Notes: a model not told the origin generated them from the letters alone. A stretch of 64,000 nt of DNA from Bacteroidota bacterium (GCA_947468275.1 CANIKO010000010.1:13114-77113); one strand, 5' to 3'; counted from the stretch's first letter, positions 17,429-28,641 are shown. Program-made: numbers and translations.

Positions 17429-18934
17429 ATGTTTCCTATCTTTGCCGCAATGCGGATACTAGCATTTCTTATTTTTTGTTTTCCGGTTCTTTTGTTGGCA
17501 CAAGACAAAGAACCCATTACTATTAACAACGCCGATTATCTGGATTTTAATAAAAACTATGCCAATGCTGAGCGCTTGGTAGGCCATGTGAGTATGAGCC
17601 AAGGCAATATGACCCTAACCTGCGACAGTGCCTGGTTTTGGAAAGATGAAAACAAAATGGAAGCGTTTGGTCATGCGTTTTTAAACCAATCGGGAGGAAC
17701 CATGGTGTGGAGCGACTACATGTTGTATAACGGCAATACCAAAATGGCCAGCGCCCAGCGCAATGTGAGAATGACTGACGGAAAAATGAGCCTAACCACA
17801 GATGCCATTCAATACGATGTAACCAATAAAATAGCCTATTATACCACCGGTGGAAATATTAAAGATGGCGAAAATACCATGACCAGCCGCTCGGGAAGTT
17901 ATTATTCCAAAAGCCGGGAGTATTTTTTTAAAGGAAAAATAAAATTGGTAAACCCCGAATATACAATGACAAGTGATACCTTGAATTATAACGGAAATAC
18001 AGAAACCGCTTATTTCTTTGGGCCAACGTATATAACAAGTACCGATAATCTTCTTTTTTGCAACTATGGCTGGTATGATACCAAAAAAAATACCTGTCAG
18101 TTTAGCAAACGAGCCTATATATTGAGTAAGGAAAACCGAATTGATTCAGACAGTTTTTTATACAATCGCAATACGGGCATTGGTCGGGCATTTGGAAATA
18201 TTACCTTGACCGATACGGTTCAAAAAATTGTAATTAAAGGCAAAAAAGGAATTCACAAGCGCTTTGAAAAAACTACTTTGGTTAGCGGGAATGCTATAGC
18301 CTTTAAAAAACTAGAAGATGATTCTCTGTTTATAAAAGCCGATTATTTTTTTGATAAACTGGATACTGCCAGCAAAAAAAGAACTTTAGCAGCTTATGGT
18401 GGTGCCAAAATTTTTAAACCTGATTTGCAAGGAATGGCGGATAGTTTAAGTTATTCTTTAACCGATTCGGTCATTCGGTTTTTTAAAGAACCTGTACTAT
18501 GGAACGAAGCCAATCAAACCACCGGCGATACTATTTTTATTTTTCAGAAAGGAAAAACCATTGACAGAATGGTGGTGTTGCAAAATGCAATGGTGGTAAT
18601 GGAAGATGCCCCGGGATTATACAATCAGATAAAAGGCAAAAAACTGTATGGATTGTTTGCAAAAAACAAATTGTACAGGGTAAATGTGCGTGGCAACGGG
18701 CAAAGTGTGTATTATGCCAAAGAAAATGAAAATAAATATTCGGGTGTAAATTATGTGGAATGCACCAATATGATTATAGCCATTGATTCTAATAAGGTTA
18801 AAAAAGTAACTTTTTTGGTGTCGCCCAAAAGCACCTTTTATCCTATTGATAAATTTCCGGCCGAACGGGCCAAACTTCGGGGGTTTAGCTGGCTGATAGA
18901 AAAACGTCCCAAACGGAAAGATTTCGAGTTTTAG
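17429..18934 (+). CDS. OstA-like (LptD N-terminal/LptA-fold repeat) periplasmic protein
   Basis: 501 aa; signal peptide then repeated OstA_N-like beta-jellyroll segments (MTLTCDSAWFWKDENKMEAFGHAFLNQ...); Bacteroidetes 'OstA-like protein' family. Confidence 0.65.
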   Translation: MFPIFAAMRILAFLIFCFPVLLLAQDKEPITINNADYLDFNKNYANAERLVGHVSMSQGNMTLTCDSAWFWKDENKMEAFGHAFLNQSGGTMVWSDYMLYNGNTKMASAQRNVRMTDGKMSLTTDAIQYDVTNKIAYYTTGGNIKDGENTMTSRSGSYYSKSREYFFKGKIKLVNPEYTMTSDTLNYNGNTETAYFFGPTYITSTDNLLFCNYGWYDTKKNTCQFSKRAYILSKENRIDSDSFLYNRNTGIGRAFGNITLTDTVQKIVIKGKKGIHKRFEKTTLVSGNAIAFKKLEDDSLFIKADYFFDKLDTASKKRTLAAYGGAKIFKPDLQGMADSLSYSLTDSVIRFFKEPVLWNEANQTTGDTIFIFQKGKTIDRMVVLQNAMVVMEDAPGLYNQIKGKKLYGLFAKNKLYRVNVRGNGQSVYYAKENENKYSGVNYVECTNMIIAIDSNKVKKVTFLVSPKSTFYPIDKFPAERAKLRGFSWLIEKRPKRKDFEF

Positions 18935-19052
18935 TTTTGCTAGACCTTTTGCAATGGTTTAAAACCATTAATCCCCATAAACCCAACCCTTCATCGAATG
19001 TTAAAACCAACACCCAAATTTTTTTATTGGTTTGTCCTTTTAAAAAATTATT

Positions 19053-21197
19053 ATGTTCAAAAAACTAGCCTTCTTTTTAGTTCCTTCGCTGCTTGTAGCC
19101 TCCTGCATGACTGATTCAAAAAAAACACCTCCCGTTACTTTCGGAACGCCACCTGTAACTAAATCCGTAAATATATCCGATGATTATTTCGGGACAAAAA
19201 TAGCCGACCCATACCGTTGGCTGGAATATGATACTGCAGCAGATGTGGCCGATTGGGTAAAAAAGCAAAATGAATACACCTACGGATATTTAAAGCAAAT
19301 ACCGTATCGAGATAAAATAAAAGCACGATTGGAAAAAATTTGGAACTATGCCAAATACAGCAGCCCCTTTAAAAAAGGCGATAATTATTTCTTTTATAAA
19401 AATGATGGCCTGCAAAACCAAAGCGTTTTGTATATCCAAAAAGGACTGAAAGCCGAACCTAAAGTATTACTTGACCCAAACACTTTATCTAAGGATGGAA
19501 CAGTTTCATTGGGCGGAATTTCATTCAGTCACGACAATAAATACATGGCCTATAGCCTCGGAAAAGCTGGCAGCGACTGGCAGGATATATATGTGATGGA
19601 AGTGGACAACGGCAAAACATTAGCCGACAATGTAGAGTGGACAAAATTTGGCGGAGCCAGCTGGAGAGGCAATGGTTTTTACTACAGCCGCTATGACAAG
19701 CCGGCCAGTGGCAGCGGATTATCCGAAGCTAATAAATATCAAAAAGTATATTTTCATCAAATAGGACAAGCCCAGGAAAAAGACCTTTTGGTGTATCAGG
19801 ATGCCAAATATCCGTTGCGCTATTACTGGCCATCCGTTACAGAGGATGAAGATTATTTATTTATAAATATTTCGGAAGGAACCAGCGGTGGCGAAATTTG
19901 GTTTGCCGACCTTAAAAATGGAAAAGACACCGATTTGAAACTTTTGGTAAAAGGTTTTGAAAACAACCCAGGAGTGGTAGAAACCCTGAACGGAAAAATA
20001 CTGGTAATGACCGACCACAATGCTCCAAAGTATAAATTAGTAGCTATTGACCCAAAAAATACAGCCATTGAAAACTGGCAAACTGTAATACCCGAAGGAA
20101 AACATTTGCTGGAATGGGTAAGTTTGGTAGGTAATAAATTTTTTGCAGGCTATCAGCAGGATGTGAGCAGCCATATTTACCAATACAGCCTAGAAGGAAA
20201 ACAAGAAAAAGAAATAGACTTGCCGGGTATTGGAACAGCCGGTGGTTTTGGTGGAAGCAAAAAAGATATGGAAACATTTTATCAGTTTACTTCCTTTACC
20301 GTTCCCAATATTATTAACCGTTATGATATTGCAACCGGGAAATCGGATTTATTTAAAACTATTGATTTTCCAACGGATTTAAACGGCTATGAAACCAAAC
20401 AGGTTTTTTACCCAAGCAAAGACGGAACAAAAGTCCCTATGTTTATTATTAGCAAAAAAGGTTTAAATTTAGATGGAACAAACCCTACGGTTTTATACGG
20501 TTATGGTGGATTTAATATCAGTATTACTCCATCCTTTAGCACCAGCAATATTGTGTTTTTGGAACAAGGCGGTGTGTATGCTATAGCCAACCTTAGAGGT
20601 GGAGGTGAGTATGGCGAAGACTGGCACAAAGCTGGAATGCTTGAAAAAAAGCAAACTGTATTTAATGATTTTATAGCTGCTGCCGAATATCTTATAAAAG
20701 AAAAATATACCTCTAGCAATAAACTGGCTATAAAAGGGCGAAGCAATGGCGGATTGTTAGTTGGTGTAGTAATGACCCAACGTCCCGATTTATTTAAAGT
20801 AGCCTTGCCGGGAGTAGGTGTTTTGGATATGTTGCGTTATCACAAAAGCACAGTTGGCTGGGGTTGGGCCGTAGAATATGGTAAAAGCGATGTAAAAGCA
20901 GAGTTTGATTATTTAATAAAATATTCACCACTTCATAATATTAAGGATAGCGTGAAATACCCTGCCACCTTAGTAACCACTGGTGATCATGACGATAGGG
21001 TCGTTCCTTCTCACTCCTTTAAATTTATAGCTACATTGCAAGCCAAGGCGTCAGTCAATAACCGAGCCACCCCTTACATGGTTAGAATTGATACCAACGC
21101 AGGACACGGAGCCGGTAAACCCACTTCAAAACTGATAGAGGAAGAAGCCGATGTCTGGTCGTTTGTAATGTATAACCTAGGAATGAACTTGGAATAA
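19053..21197 (+). CDS. Prolyl oligopeptidase (S9A family) lipoprotein
   Basis: 714 aa; N-terminal beta-propeller, C-terminal catalytic domain with GRSNGGLLVG nucleophile elbow and DHDDRVVPSHS; lipobox LVASC. Confidence 0.85.
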   Translation: MFKKLAFFLVPSLLVASCMTDSKKTPPVTFGTPPVTKSVNISDDYFGTKIADPYRWLEYDTAADVADWVKKQNEYTYGYLKQIPYRDKIKARLEKIWNYAKYSSPFKKGDNYFFYKNDGLQNQSVLYIQKGLKAEPKVLLDPNTLSKDGTVSLGGISFSHDNKYMAYSLGKAGSDWQDIYVMEVDNGKTLADNVEWTKFGGASWRGNGFYYSRYDKPASGSGLSEANKYQKVYFHQIGQAQEKDLLVYQDAKYPLRYYWPSVTEDEDYLFINISEGTSGGEIWFADLKNGKDTDLKLLVKGFENNPGVVETLNGKILVMTDHNAPKYKLVAIDPKNTAIENWQTVIPEGKHLLEWVSLVGNKFFAGYQQDVSSHIYQYSLEGKQEKEIDLPGIGTAGGFGGSKKDMETFYQFTSFTVPNIINRYDIATGKSDLFKTIDFPTDLNGYETKQVFYPSKDGTKVPMFIISKKGLNLDGTNPTVLYGYGGFNISITPSFSTSNIVFLEQGGVYAIANLRGGGEYGEDWHKAGMLEKKQTVFNDFIAAAEYLIKEKYTSSNKLAIKGRSNGGLLVGVVMTQRPDLFKVALPGVGVLDMLRYHKSTVGWGWAVEYGKSDVKAEFDYLIKYSPLHNIKDSVKYPATLVTTGDHDDRVVPSHSFKFIATLQAKASVNNRATPYMVRIDTNAGHGAGKPTSKLIEEEADVWSFVMYNLGMNLE

Positions 21198-21428
21198 GCT
21201 GAAAGTGAACAGCTAAAAAAGTAATAAGTTAAAAGGTTTAGTAGAATAAAAGTCTTTAAATAGCTTATTTCCTTTGTTTTTTAACTATTTGCCAAATTCC
21301 ACCCTTATAATATGGTTTGTTTAACACATAATTGTAAAAAGACTTAAAAGTGAGAGTTTTGACAATTGTTGAGGGGTTTATCCTGATCTATATTCCTCTA
21401 TATTTGGAAAATATTTTTAAAGGGGTTT

Positions 21429-22463
21429 ATGAAAAATAAAATAAGTTATTCCATAACTATAGCTTTAGTTATTGTGAGTTGTGGATTAACCTATCTAATT
21501 GAAGAATATATTCATCACTATATAAACCAAGCAACGAATAAAACCATAGCCCTCATTGAAGAAACCAATTCTACTGAGAGTTCAGAACTTAACCCGAGTT
21601 CAATAAAAAGATTTAGATTTATTAAGCCGCATATTTTATTTGACCTTAAATACGAATCTCCCACATTTAACGGGTTAAAATTAAAAATTAAAAATTACAT
21701 TGAAATTCTTAAAAAAGATCATAAGCTAATTAATGCTTCGGTATATCTGCGTTATTATGGACATGGAACTCAAATGAGCCTTAATCCTAACGAAACCTAT
21801 AGTCCAGGTTCATTGTTTAAGGTCGTCAATTTGATCCTATATCTTAAGTGGAGCGAACAAAATCCGGGATTGTTGGATAAAAAAATGGTTTACAATACCC
21901 CGAATTATCCTATTCCTGTTCAAACCTTTAATTCAAGGCAAATTGAAACAGGAAAAGAATATACAATAAAAGAGTTACTTAAATATATGGTTGAATACTC
22001 AGATAATAAAGCTACAACTTGGTTGGTGGCAAATATGGGAAGCGACCTTTACTTTAAAATGATGAATGAACTTCATATTCCAATGTCTCATACAAAAGAG
22101 GGTTTGCCTATTATGTCAGCTTCTCAATATTCGCAAATTATTAGAATATTATATCGTTCAACATACTTGAACAATGACAATTCGGAATTCGCCCTTAGTT
22201 TATTAAATCAAAGTGATTTTAGTTTGGGGTTGGTAAAAGGACTGCCTGATAATGTGAGTGTGGCCCATAAATTTGGAGAAGCAGGAACAAAGCGTCAACC
22301 TGAACTGCATGAAAGCGGATTGGTTTATATGGATTATGGTCCTTACCTTGTTACCATTATGACCAAAGGCTATAAAACAACCGACCTTCCTTTAGTAATT
22401 AGCACTATATCCAGAATGGTGTATGATGACATTTCGCTAAAAGAAGAGGCACCCTCCAATTAG
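21429..22463 (+). CDS. Class A beta-lactamase-related serine hydrolase
   Basis: SPGSLFKV (SxxK), YSDNKAT (SDN) motifs. Confidence 0.55.
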   Translation: MKNKISYSITIALVIVSCGLTYLIEEYIHHYINQATNKTIALIEETNSTESSELNPSSIKRFRFIKPHILFDLKYESPTFNGLKLKIKNYIEILKKDHKLINASVYLRYYGHGTQMSLNPNETYSPGSLFKVVNLILYLKWSEQNPGLLDKKMVYNTPNYPIPVQTFNSRQIETGKEYTIKELLKYMVEYSDNKATTWLVANMGSDLYFKMMNELHIPMSHTKEGLPIMSASQYSQIIRILYRSTYLNNDNSEFALSLLNQSDFSLGLVKGLPDNVSVAHKFGEAGTKRQPELHESGLVYMDYGPYLVTIMTKGYKTTDLPLVISTISRMVYDDISLKEEAPSN

Positions 22464-22616
22464 GGATTTTGACTATTACTTTAGTCGCGGCAATTCAATA
22501 TTTTGTTTTAAATCTTTAATGGATTTTTTTGGTTTCCTCAAAAATACACTCTCACCCTCAGGCAAATCTCAAATAACCGCTTCGCAATTATTATCTTTGC
22601 CCCCTAAATAGTTAAG

Positions 22617-23609
22617 GTGGTAAAAATTGGCAACATACAATTGGGTGAATTTCCCTTATTGCTGGCTCCTATGGAGGATGTAAGTGACCCTCCGTTTCGT
22701 GCCGTTTGCAAGGCTAACGGAGCCGACCTTATGTATACTGAGTTTATTTCATCTGAAGGTCTTATCCGCGATGCTGCAAAGAGCCGCAAAAAGCTTGATA
22801 TTTTTGAATACGAACGCCCAATTGGTATACAACTTTTTGGAAGTGATATAGAAAGCATGAGTGAAGCGGCCAGAATTGCTACATTGGTAAATCCTGATTT
22901 GATAGATATAAATTATGGATGTCCAGTAAAAGCTGTGGCATGTAAAGGCGCAGGTGCTGCATTGTTGCAAGATGTTCCAAAAATGGTGGCAATGACTAAA
23001 GCCGTTATTGACAGTACACATTTACCGGTTACAGTAAAAACGCGTTTGGGTTGGGATGAATCGACCAAAAATATTGTTGAAGTAGCAGAGCGATTACAAG
23101 ATATTGGGATTAGTGCATTGAGTATTCATGGCCGAACACGAGTGCAGCTTTATAAAGGCGATGCTGATTGGACGTTAATAGGTAAGGTTAAAAATAATCC
23201 AAGGATTCAGATTCCGATATTTGGTAATGGGGATGTGGATAGCCCCGAAAAGGCGTTTGAATTAAAAAATCGCTATGGAGTGGATGGTGTAATGATTGGT
23301 CGAGCTTCAATTGGAAATCCCTGGATTTTTAGAGAGGTAAAATACTTTATGAAACATGGTGAACACATGCAAGGCCCCACAGTTCATGAACGCGTTGCGG
23401 CCTGTAAACAACATCTTTTAGAGGCAGTAAAATGGAAAAACCCAAAAGTGGGCATATTAGAAATGCGACGCCATTATTCCAATTATTTTAAGGGGTTTCC
23501 GCATTTTAAGGATACCCGAATGAAGTTAGTTTTATCAGAAGATTTACAGGAAATAATGCAAATATTAGATAACATTGAACTAGGAATATTTGAAATGGAG
23601 GTTGTGTAA
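22617..23609 (+). CDS. dusB: tRNA-dihydrouridine synthase B
   Basis: GTG start; MVKIGNIQLGEFPLLLAPMEDVSDPPFR... TIM-barrel Dus family, catalytic Cys in ...NYGCPV... Confidence 0.85.
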   Translation: MVKIGNIQLGEFPLLLAPMEDVSDPPFRAVCKANGADLMYTEFISSEGLIRDAAKSRKKLDIFEYERPIGIQLFGSDIESMSEAARIATLVNPDLIDINYGCPVKAVACKGAGAALLQDVPKMVAMTKAVIDSTHLPVTVKTRLGWDESTKNIVEVAERLQDIGISALSIHGRTRVQLYKGDADWTLIGKVKNNPRIQIPIFGNGDVDSPEKAFELKNRYGVDGVMIGRASIGNPWIFREVKYFMKHGEHMQGPTVHERVAACKQHLLEAVKWKNPKVGILEMRRHYSNYFKGFPHFKDTRMKLVLSEDLQEIMQILDNIELGIFEMEVV

Positions 23610-23645
23610 TTAAGAATTGAGAATTAGAAATATAAAATTTAACAT

Positions 23646-26330
23646 TTGAAAGAAATACACCAATACATGCGCCTCAGTGGACTTGAGCCGCTGATAGTTA
23701 CCCCACAGACCAATTTTATGAATATTGGGGAACGAACCAATATTACAGGATCCAAACAGTTTGCTCGGCTTATTTTAAATGAAAAATATGATGAGGCTGT
23801 TTCTGTTGCTCGTCAACAGGTAGAAAATGGAGCTCAGGTAATTGATATAAATATGGATGAAGGAATGTTGGACGGGGTAGCTGCCATGACTAAATTTATA
23901 AATCTGATAGCCGCTGAACCCGATATTTGCAAAGTTCCTATTATGGTGGATAGTTCCAAATGGGAAATAATAGAAGCCGGATTGCAGTGCATGCAAGGAA
24001 AAGGAATTGTAAATTCAATTAGTTTAAAAGGGGGAGAGGAAGAATTTATACGTCAGGCGAAATTGGTAAAACGCTATGGCGCTGCAGCAGTAGTCATGGC
24101 TTTTGACGAACAAGGTCAGGCCGATAGTTATGAACGTCGAATTGAAATATGTCAAAGATGTTATGATATTTTAACAAAAAAAGTAAAATTCCCAGCAGAG
24201 GATATCATTTTTGACCCCAATATTTTAACGGTAGCCACAGGAATGGATGAGCATAATAATTATGCGGTTGATTACATTCGAGCGACCAAATGGATAAAAG
24301 AAAATCTCCCATATGTGAAGGTCAGCGGAGGTGTAAGCAATATTTCGTTTTCATTTAGAGGAAACGACCCAGTTAGGGAAGCTATGCATTCCGCATTTTT
24401 ATACCACGCCATTCAGGCAGGGATGGATATGGGTATTGTAAATGCTGGAATGATTGAGGTTTATGATGAAATTCCAAAGGATCTACTCGAAAGAGTTGAG
24501 GATGTTTTGCTAAACCGCAGATCAGATGCAACTGAACGATTAATCGAATTTGCTGAAACTGTAAAAGCAAAAGGTAAAAAGGAAGAGGAAGTTTTAGAGT
24601 GGAGAAATGCAAGTGTTGAAGAACGTTTAAAACATGCCTTGATTAAAGGAATTACTGATTTTATTGATGAAGATACTGAAGAAGCCAGAGTAAAACTTGG
24701 TAAACCACTTTTGGTAATAGAAGGTCCTCTAATGGCCGGAATGAACGTTGTGGGGGATTTGTTTGGCAGCGGTAAGATGTTTTTACCTCAAGTAGTAAAA
24801 AGTGCCCGTGTGATGAAAAAATCGGTGGCCTATTTGGAACCGTATTTATTAGAAGAAAAGGAAAGACTTATAGCCTTAGGTGGAGAACGAAAGGAAGACA
24901 GAGGAGCAGGAAGAGTTTTGATGGCCACAGTAAAAGGCGATGTTCATGATATTGGAAAAAATATAGTAGGAGTGGTGCTAGCATGCAACAATTATGAAAT
25001 AGTTGATTTGGGTGTAATGGTGAGTTGTGAAACTATTTTGCAAAAAGCCCGTGAAATTAATGTTGATATTATTGGTTTAAGTGGATTGATAACCCCAAGT
25101 TTGGATGAGATGGTTCACGTAGCAAAAGAAATGCAACGACAAGGATTTACAACTCCTTTGTTGATAGGTGGAGCCACCACCTCTCGTATTCATGCGGCTG
25201 TAAAAATAGCTCCTGAATATGATGGGCCAATGGTTCATGTCTTAGATGCTAGCAGAAGTGTTCCTGTGGCTGGTAACTTATTAAGTCCAGAAACTAAAGA
25301 GGAGTTTGCTAAAAAAATTAAGGCCGAATATAAAGTGCTCTCAGAAAATCATGCTTTACGTCAATTGGACAAAAATATTTTAACCCTTGAACAAGCAAGA
25401 GCGAATAAATTAATTATTGACGAAACAAAGTTAGAGAAGCCAAATTTTTTAGGAGTTAAAATTTTAAAGGATTTTGATCTTGCCGTTTTAAGAGAAGTAA
25501 TAGATTGGACGCCATTTTTCCAAACATGGGAACTTGCAGGTAAATACCCTAAAATTTTAAGCGATGTTTTGGTCGGAGCCGAGGCCACTCAACTTTTTAC
25601 GGAAGTAAATGCTCTAATGGATAAACTGATCGCTGGTAAACAGTTTACCGCCAACGCGGTTTTTGGAATTTTTCCTGCAGAATCTAAGGGAGATGATGTG
25701 ATAATTTTTAAAGATGAAACTCGTTTGGAGCCTTTAGAAACCTTTAATTTTTTGCGCCAGCAAAGGCAAATGGGACTAGGAATTCCAAATATCTGCTTGA
25801 GTGATTTCGTGGCGCAAAAAAATGATTATATAGGATTATTTGCCGTAACAGCAGGTATTGGAATAGATGAGTTGGCCAAGGAATACGAGAAGGATCATGA
25901 CGATTACCATAGTATAATGGTGAAAGCAATCGGTGACCGTTTTGCAGAAGCCTTTGCCGAATATCTACATAAATTGATGAGGACAGAATATTGGGGTTAT
26001 GCTAAAGAAGAAAATTTAACAAATGATGAGTTAATAAAAGAGTCATATCAAGGAATTCGTCCAGCGCCAGGCTATCCGGCTTGCCCAGAGCATTCAGAGA
26101 AGGTTAAATTGTTTCGTTTGTTGAGTGCTAAAGAAAGTGTCGGAATTGAGCTTACAGATAGTTTTGCGATGTTTCCAGCCGCATCCGTTTCAGGTTTTTA
26201 TTTTGCAAATTCACAAAGCAAATATTTTGCAGTTGGCCGTATTGGTAAAGATCAGGTTGCTGATTATGCCGAACGAAAAGGATTACAGATTGAGCAAGCA
26301 GAAAGACTTTTAGGTCCATTATTATTTTAA
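23646..26330 (+). CDS. metH: Methionine synthase (pterin-binding, B12-binding and AdoMet-reactivation modules; lacks Hcy module)
   Basis: 894 aa; begins at the pterin-binding module ([10 protein letters not shown]...), B12 region [14 protein letters not shown] (DxHxxG), C-terminal activation domain. Confidence 0.9.
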   Translation: MKEIHQYMRLSGLEPLIVTPQTNFMNIGERTNITGSKQFARLILNEKYDEAVSVARQQVENGAQVIDINMDEGMLDGVAAMTKFINLIAAEPDICKVPIMVDSSKWEIIEAGLQCMQGKGIVNSISLKGGEEEFIRQAKLVKRYGAAAVVMAFDEQGQADSYERRIEICQRCYDILTKKVKFPAEDIIFDPNILTVATGMDEHNNYAVDYIRATKWIKENLPYVKVSGGVSNISFSFRGNDPVREAMHSAFLYHAIQAGMDMGIVNAGMIEVYDEIPKDLLERVEDVLLNRRSDATERLIEFAETVKAKGKKEEEVLEWRNASVEERLKHALIKGITDFIDEDTEEARVKLGKPLLVIEGPLMAGMNVVGDLFGSGKMFLPQVVKSARVMKKSVAYLEPYLLEEKERLIALGGERKEDRGAGRVLMATVKGDVHDIGKNIVGVVLACNNYEIVDLGVMVSCETILQKAREINVDIIGLSGLITPSLDEMVHVAKEMQRQGFTTPLLIGGATTSRIHAAVKIAPEYDGPMVHVLDASRSVPVAGNLLSPETKEEFAKKIKAEYKVLSENHALRQLDKNILTLEQARANKLIIDETKLEKPNFLGVKILKDFDLAVLREVIDWTPFFQTWELAGKYPKILSDVLVGAEATQLFTEVNALMDKLIAGKQFTANAVFGIFPAESKGDDVIIFKDETRLEPLETFNFLRQQRQMGLGIPNICLSDFVAQKNDYIGLFAVTAGIGIDELAKEYEKDHDDYHSIMVKAIGDRFAEAFAEYLHKLMRTEYWGYAKEENLTNDELIKESYQGIRPAPGYPACPEHSEKVKLFRLLSAKESVGIELTDSFAMFPAASVSGFYFANSQSKYFAVGRIGKDQVADYAERKGLQIEQAERLLGPLLF

Positions 26331-26512
26331 AATTTATTATTCATTCCTGAGTGATATTTAGAAAGGGTTTTCCCGCAAAATTATAACTCATTCCTAAATG
26401 AAAACTAGGTGTGTTAGGTTGTATTTAAATCAATCTCTGAATTTGAAAATTACCCAAAGGAACGTTAAAAATAAAGTTGAGTAAACTAGTTTAGTATCAA
26501 AAAATTAATATA

Positions 26513-26550
26513 ATAAAAAAACCCGCTTCTATTAGAAGCGGGTTTTTTTA
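26513..26550. terminator. Bidirectional rho-independent terminator between convergent metH and lipoprotein gene
   Basis: A-run, hairpin aacccgcttct/agaagcgggtt, T-run. Confidence 0.7.
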
Positions 26551-26572
26551 TTATATTAATTTAGTAAATGAA

Positions 26573-27430
26573 TTAATCGAAGGCTTTATTTTCGCCTAAT
26601 TTAACACGTTGCACATTTTCAATATAAGGAGCACTTACACTTTTGAAATAAACATAAGCTACAACATCAACAGTAGAAATATCTATTCCAGCTAAGTCTA
26701 CATCATAGCTATATTCACTTAATGAACCAGCTTTCATGTTAGCAGGATCAATAACTGTTCCTGTCATAGTACCTAAAGCTTTCATAAATACATGACCATG
26801 CTCATAATTTAAAATTGGATTTCCTTTGCCAAATAATGCGTGACCAGATGTTCCATTATATCCATTAGCTTGATCCCATCCAGAACCAGATCCTTTCATC
26901 ATTTTGTTTACCAAATAACCAATTACATAATATTTACCGGCAGGTAAATCAGCAGCACCTACACCAACCTTAACTTTTACGTTAAACTTGTTTACGCCAG
27001 TTGATTTAGAAGCATCAATAGATAGTCCACATTTTGCATCAGATGTTGTAACGTCACTACATTTTGCATCCCATTGGTCGCGTCCTACACATTTTCCAGT
27101 TATACGGTTAACAGCACCAGTAGGGTTACCTGCAGACCAAGCATCAGAAAAGGCTTTACTATCATCGCTAGCCATACCATCAGCACCTTGATAAAGGTTG
27201 TGCATAGATACATCATAAACTACGTCAGCACCATATTTAGTTTCCACTTTTGCTGCATAAATTTCACCATCAGGGCAATAAGGACATCCTGCACAAGTCG
27301 TCCATTCAATTAAAGCTTTTGCTGTGTAAGTTGCAGGGGCCTTGGTAACTGTTCCAGGGTCGTCTGTTTTCTTTTTGCAAGAAAAAAGGGCTAAACTAGC
27401 AATTGTTGCTAATACGAATAATTTTTTCAT
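26573..27430 (-). CDS. Lipoprotein with CxxCPYCP motif (possibly Omp28-related/thioredoxin-like)
   Basis: Lipobox LALFSC; TTCAGCPYCPDG motif; weak resemblance to 4140-5045 product. Confidence 0.4.
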   Translation of the reverse strand: MKKLFVLATIASLALFSCKKKTDDPGTVTKAPATYTAKALIEWTTCAGCPYCPDGEIYAAKVETKYGADVVYDVSMHNLYQGADGMASDDSKAFSDAWSAGNPTGAVNRITGKCVGRDQWDAKCSDVTTSDAKCGLSIDASKSTGVNKFNVKVKVGVGAADLPAGKYYVIGYLVNKMMKGSGSGWDQANGYNGTSGHALFGKGNPILNYEHGHVFMKALGTMTGTVIDPANMKAGSLSEYSYDVDLAGIDISTVDVVAYVYFKSVSAPYIENVQRVKLGENKAFD

Positions 27431-27474
27431 TTTTATGTTTTTATAATTTAGAATTCAAATGTATATTTTATTTT

Positions 27475-28641
27475 TTAAAAATTCCAACTCAATGTCTCAT
27501 TTCTGTAAAAAATCGACAAAATTTTACCATCGGCCGGTTTACAGTAACCAATAACTTGACTTTCAATGCCAAATGAGGATGAAATTTCAATGATTTTTTC
27601 TGCAGTTTTTCTGTCAGTATAAATTTCCATTCGATGGCCCATATTAAATACCTCAAACATTTCTTTAGAAGAAGTACTGGTCGTTTCTTGTATGGTTTTA
27701 AATAATGGAGGCACCGGGAATAAATTATCTTTTACTATCTCCAATTGATCAACAAATTTCATAACTTTGGTTTGAGCACCGCCTGTACAGTGAATTATAC
27801 CATTAATTTGTTTGCGATAGTTTTTTATTACCTCTTTTAGTAGTGGGGCATAAGTTCGGGTTGGTGATAAAATTGCCTTACCAATAGATATTTCAGTTTC
27901 AGGTAATGGATCTGTTAATTTAAAATTGCCGGTATAAAAATAGTCACTTTCGGCTATTGAATCAAAACTTTCAGGGTATTTTGATTTATAAGTTTCATTT
28001 AATATATCGTGTCTTGCCGAAGTAAGGCCATTGCTACCCATGCCGGCATTATATTCCGTTTCATAATTTGCTTTTCCATAGGAGGCTAACCCGACAATAA
28101 CATCGTCAGGCTGTATATTAATTTCAATGACATCCTCGCGTTTAAGTCGGGCGGCAAAGGTTGAATCAACTATGACGGTTCTAACTAAATCTCCAACATC
28201 TGCAGTTTCGCCACCCATGTTGTGAATATTAATTCCAAATTCTCTCATCGATTGACAAAAGGCTTCAGTGCCATTGATAATTTCAGCTACTACCTCACCT
28301 GGAATTTTGAATTTATTTCGACCTAATGTGCTAGACAACAAAAAATTATCGGTGGCTCCAACACAAAGCATATCGTCAAGATTCATAACCAAAGCATCCT
28401 GCGAGATGCCTCTCCAGACACTTATATCACCTGTTTCTTTCCAATAAAGGTAAGCTAAACTTGATTTAGTGCCGGCTCCATCTGCATGCATTATATTGCA
28501 CCATTCGGTATCATTGCCAAGATAATCTGGTGTTAGCTTGCAAAATGCGTTAGGAAAAAGACCTTTATCAAGGTTTTTTATGGCATTATGAACATCTTCT
28601 TTTTGCGATGAAACACCGCGCTTTAAATAACGATCGGACAT
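27475..28641 (-). CDS. purM: Phosphoribosylformylglycinamidine cyclo-ligase (AIR synthetase)
   Basis: 388 aa; PurM-family motifs (ADGAGTKS..., GGETADVGD, NIHCTGGAQTK). Confidence 0.85.
   Translation of the reverse strand: MSDRYLKRGVSSQKEDVHNAIKNLDKGLFPNAFCKLTPDYLGNDTEWCNIMHADGAGTKSSLAYLYWKETGDISVWRGISQDALVMNLDDMLCVGATDNFLLSSTLGRNKFKIPGEVVAEIINGTEAFCQSMREFGINIHNMGGETADVGDLVRTVIVDSTFAARLKREDVIEINIQPDDVIVGLASYGKANYETEYNAGMGSNGLTSARHDILNETYKSKYPESFDSIAESDYFYTGNFKLTDPLPETEISIGKAILSPTRTYAPLLKEVIKNYRKQINGIIHCTGGAQTKVMKFVDQLEIVKDNLFPVPPLFKTIQETTSTSSKEMFEVFNMGHRMEIYTDRKTAEKIIEISSSFGIESQVIGYCKPADGKILSIFYRNETLSWNF

Noticed and set aside
26331-26512. Repeated TCATTCCT(G/A)A(G/A)TGA motif downstream of metH
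   Set aside because: Only two short imperfect copies; it could be chance in AT-rich DNA. The adjacent clear terminator explains the intergenic function.
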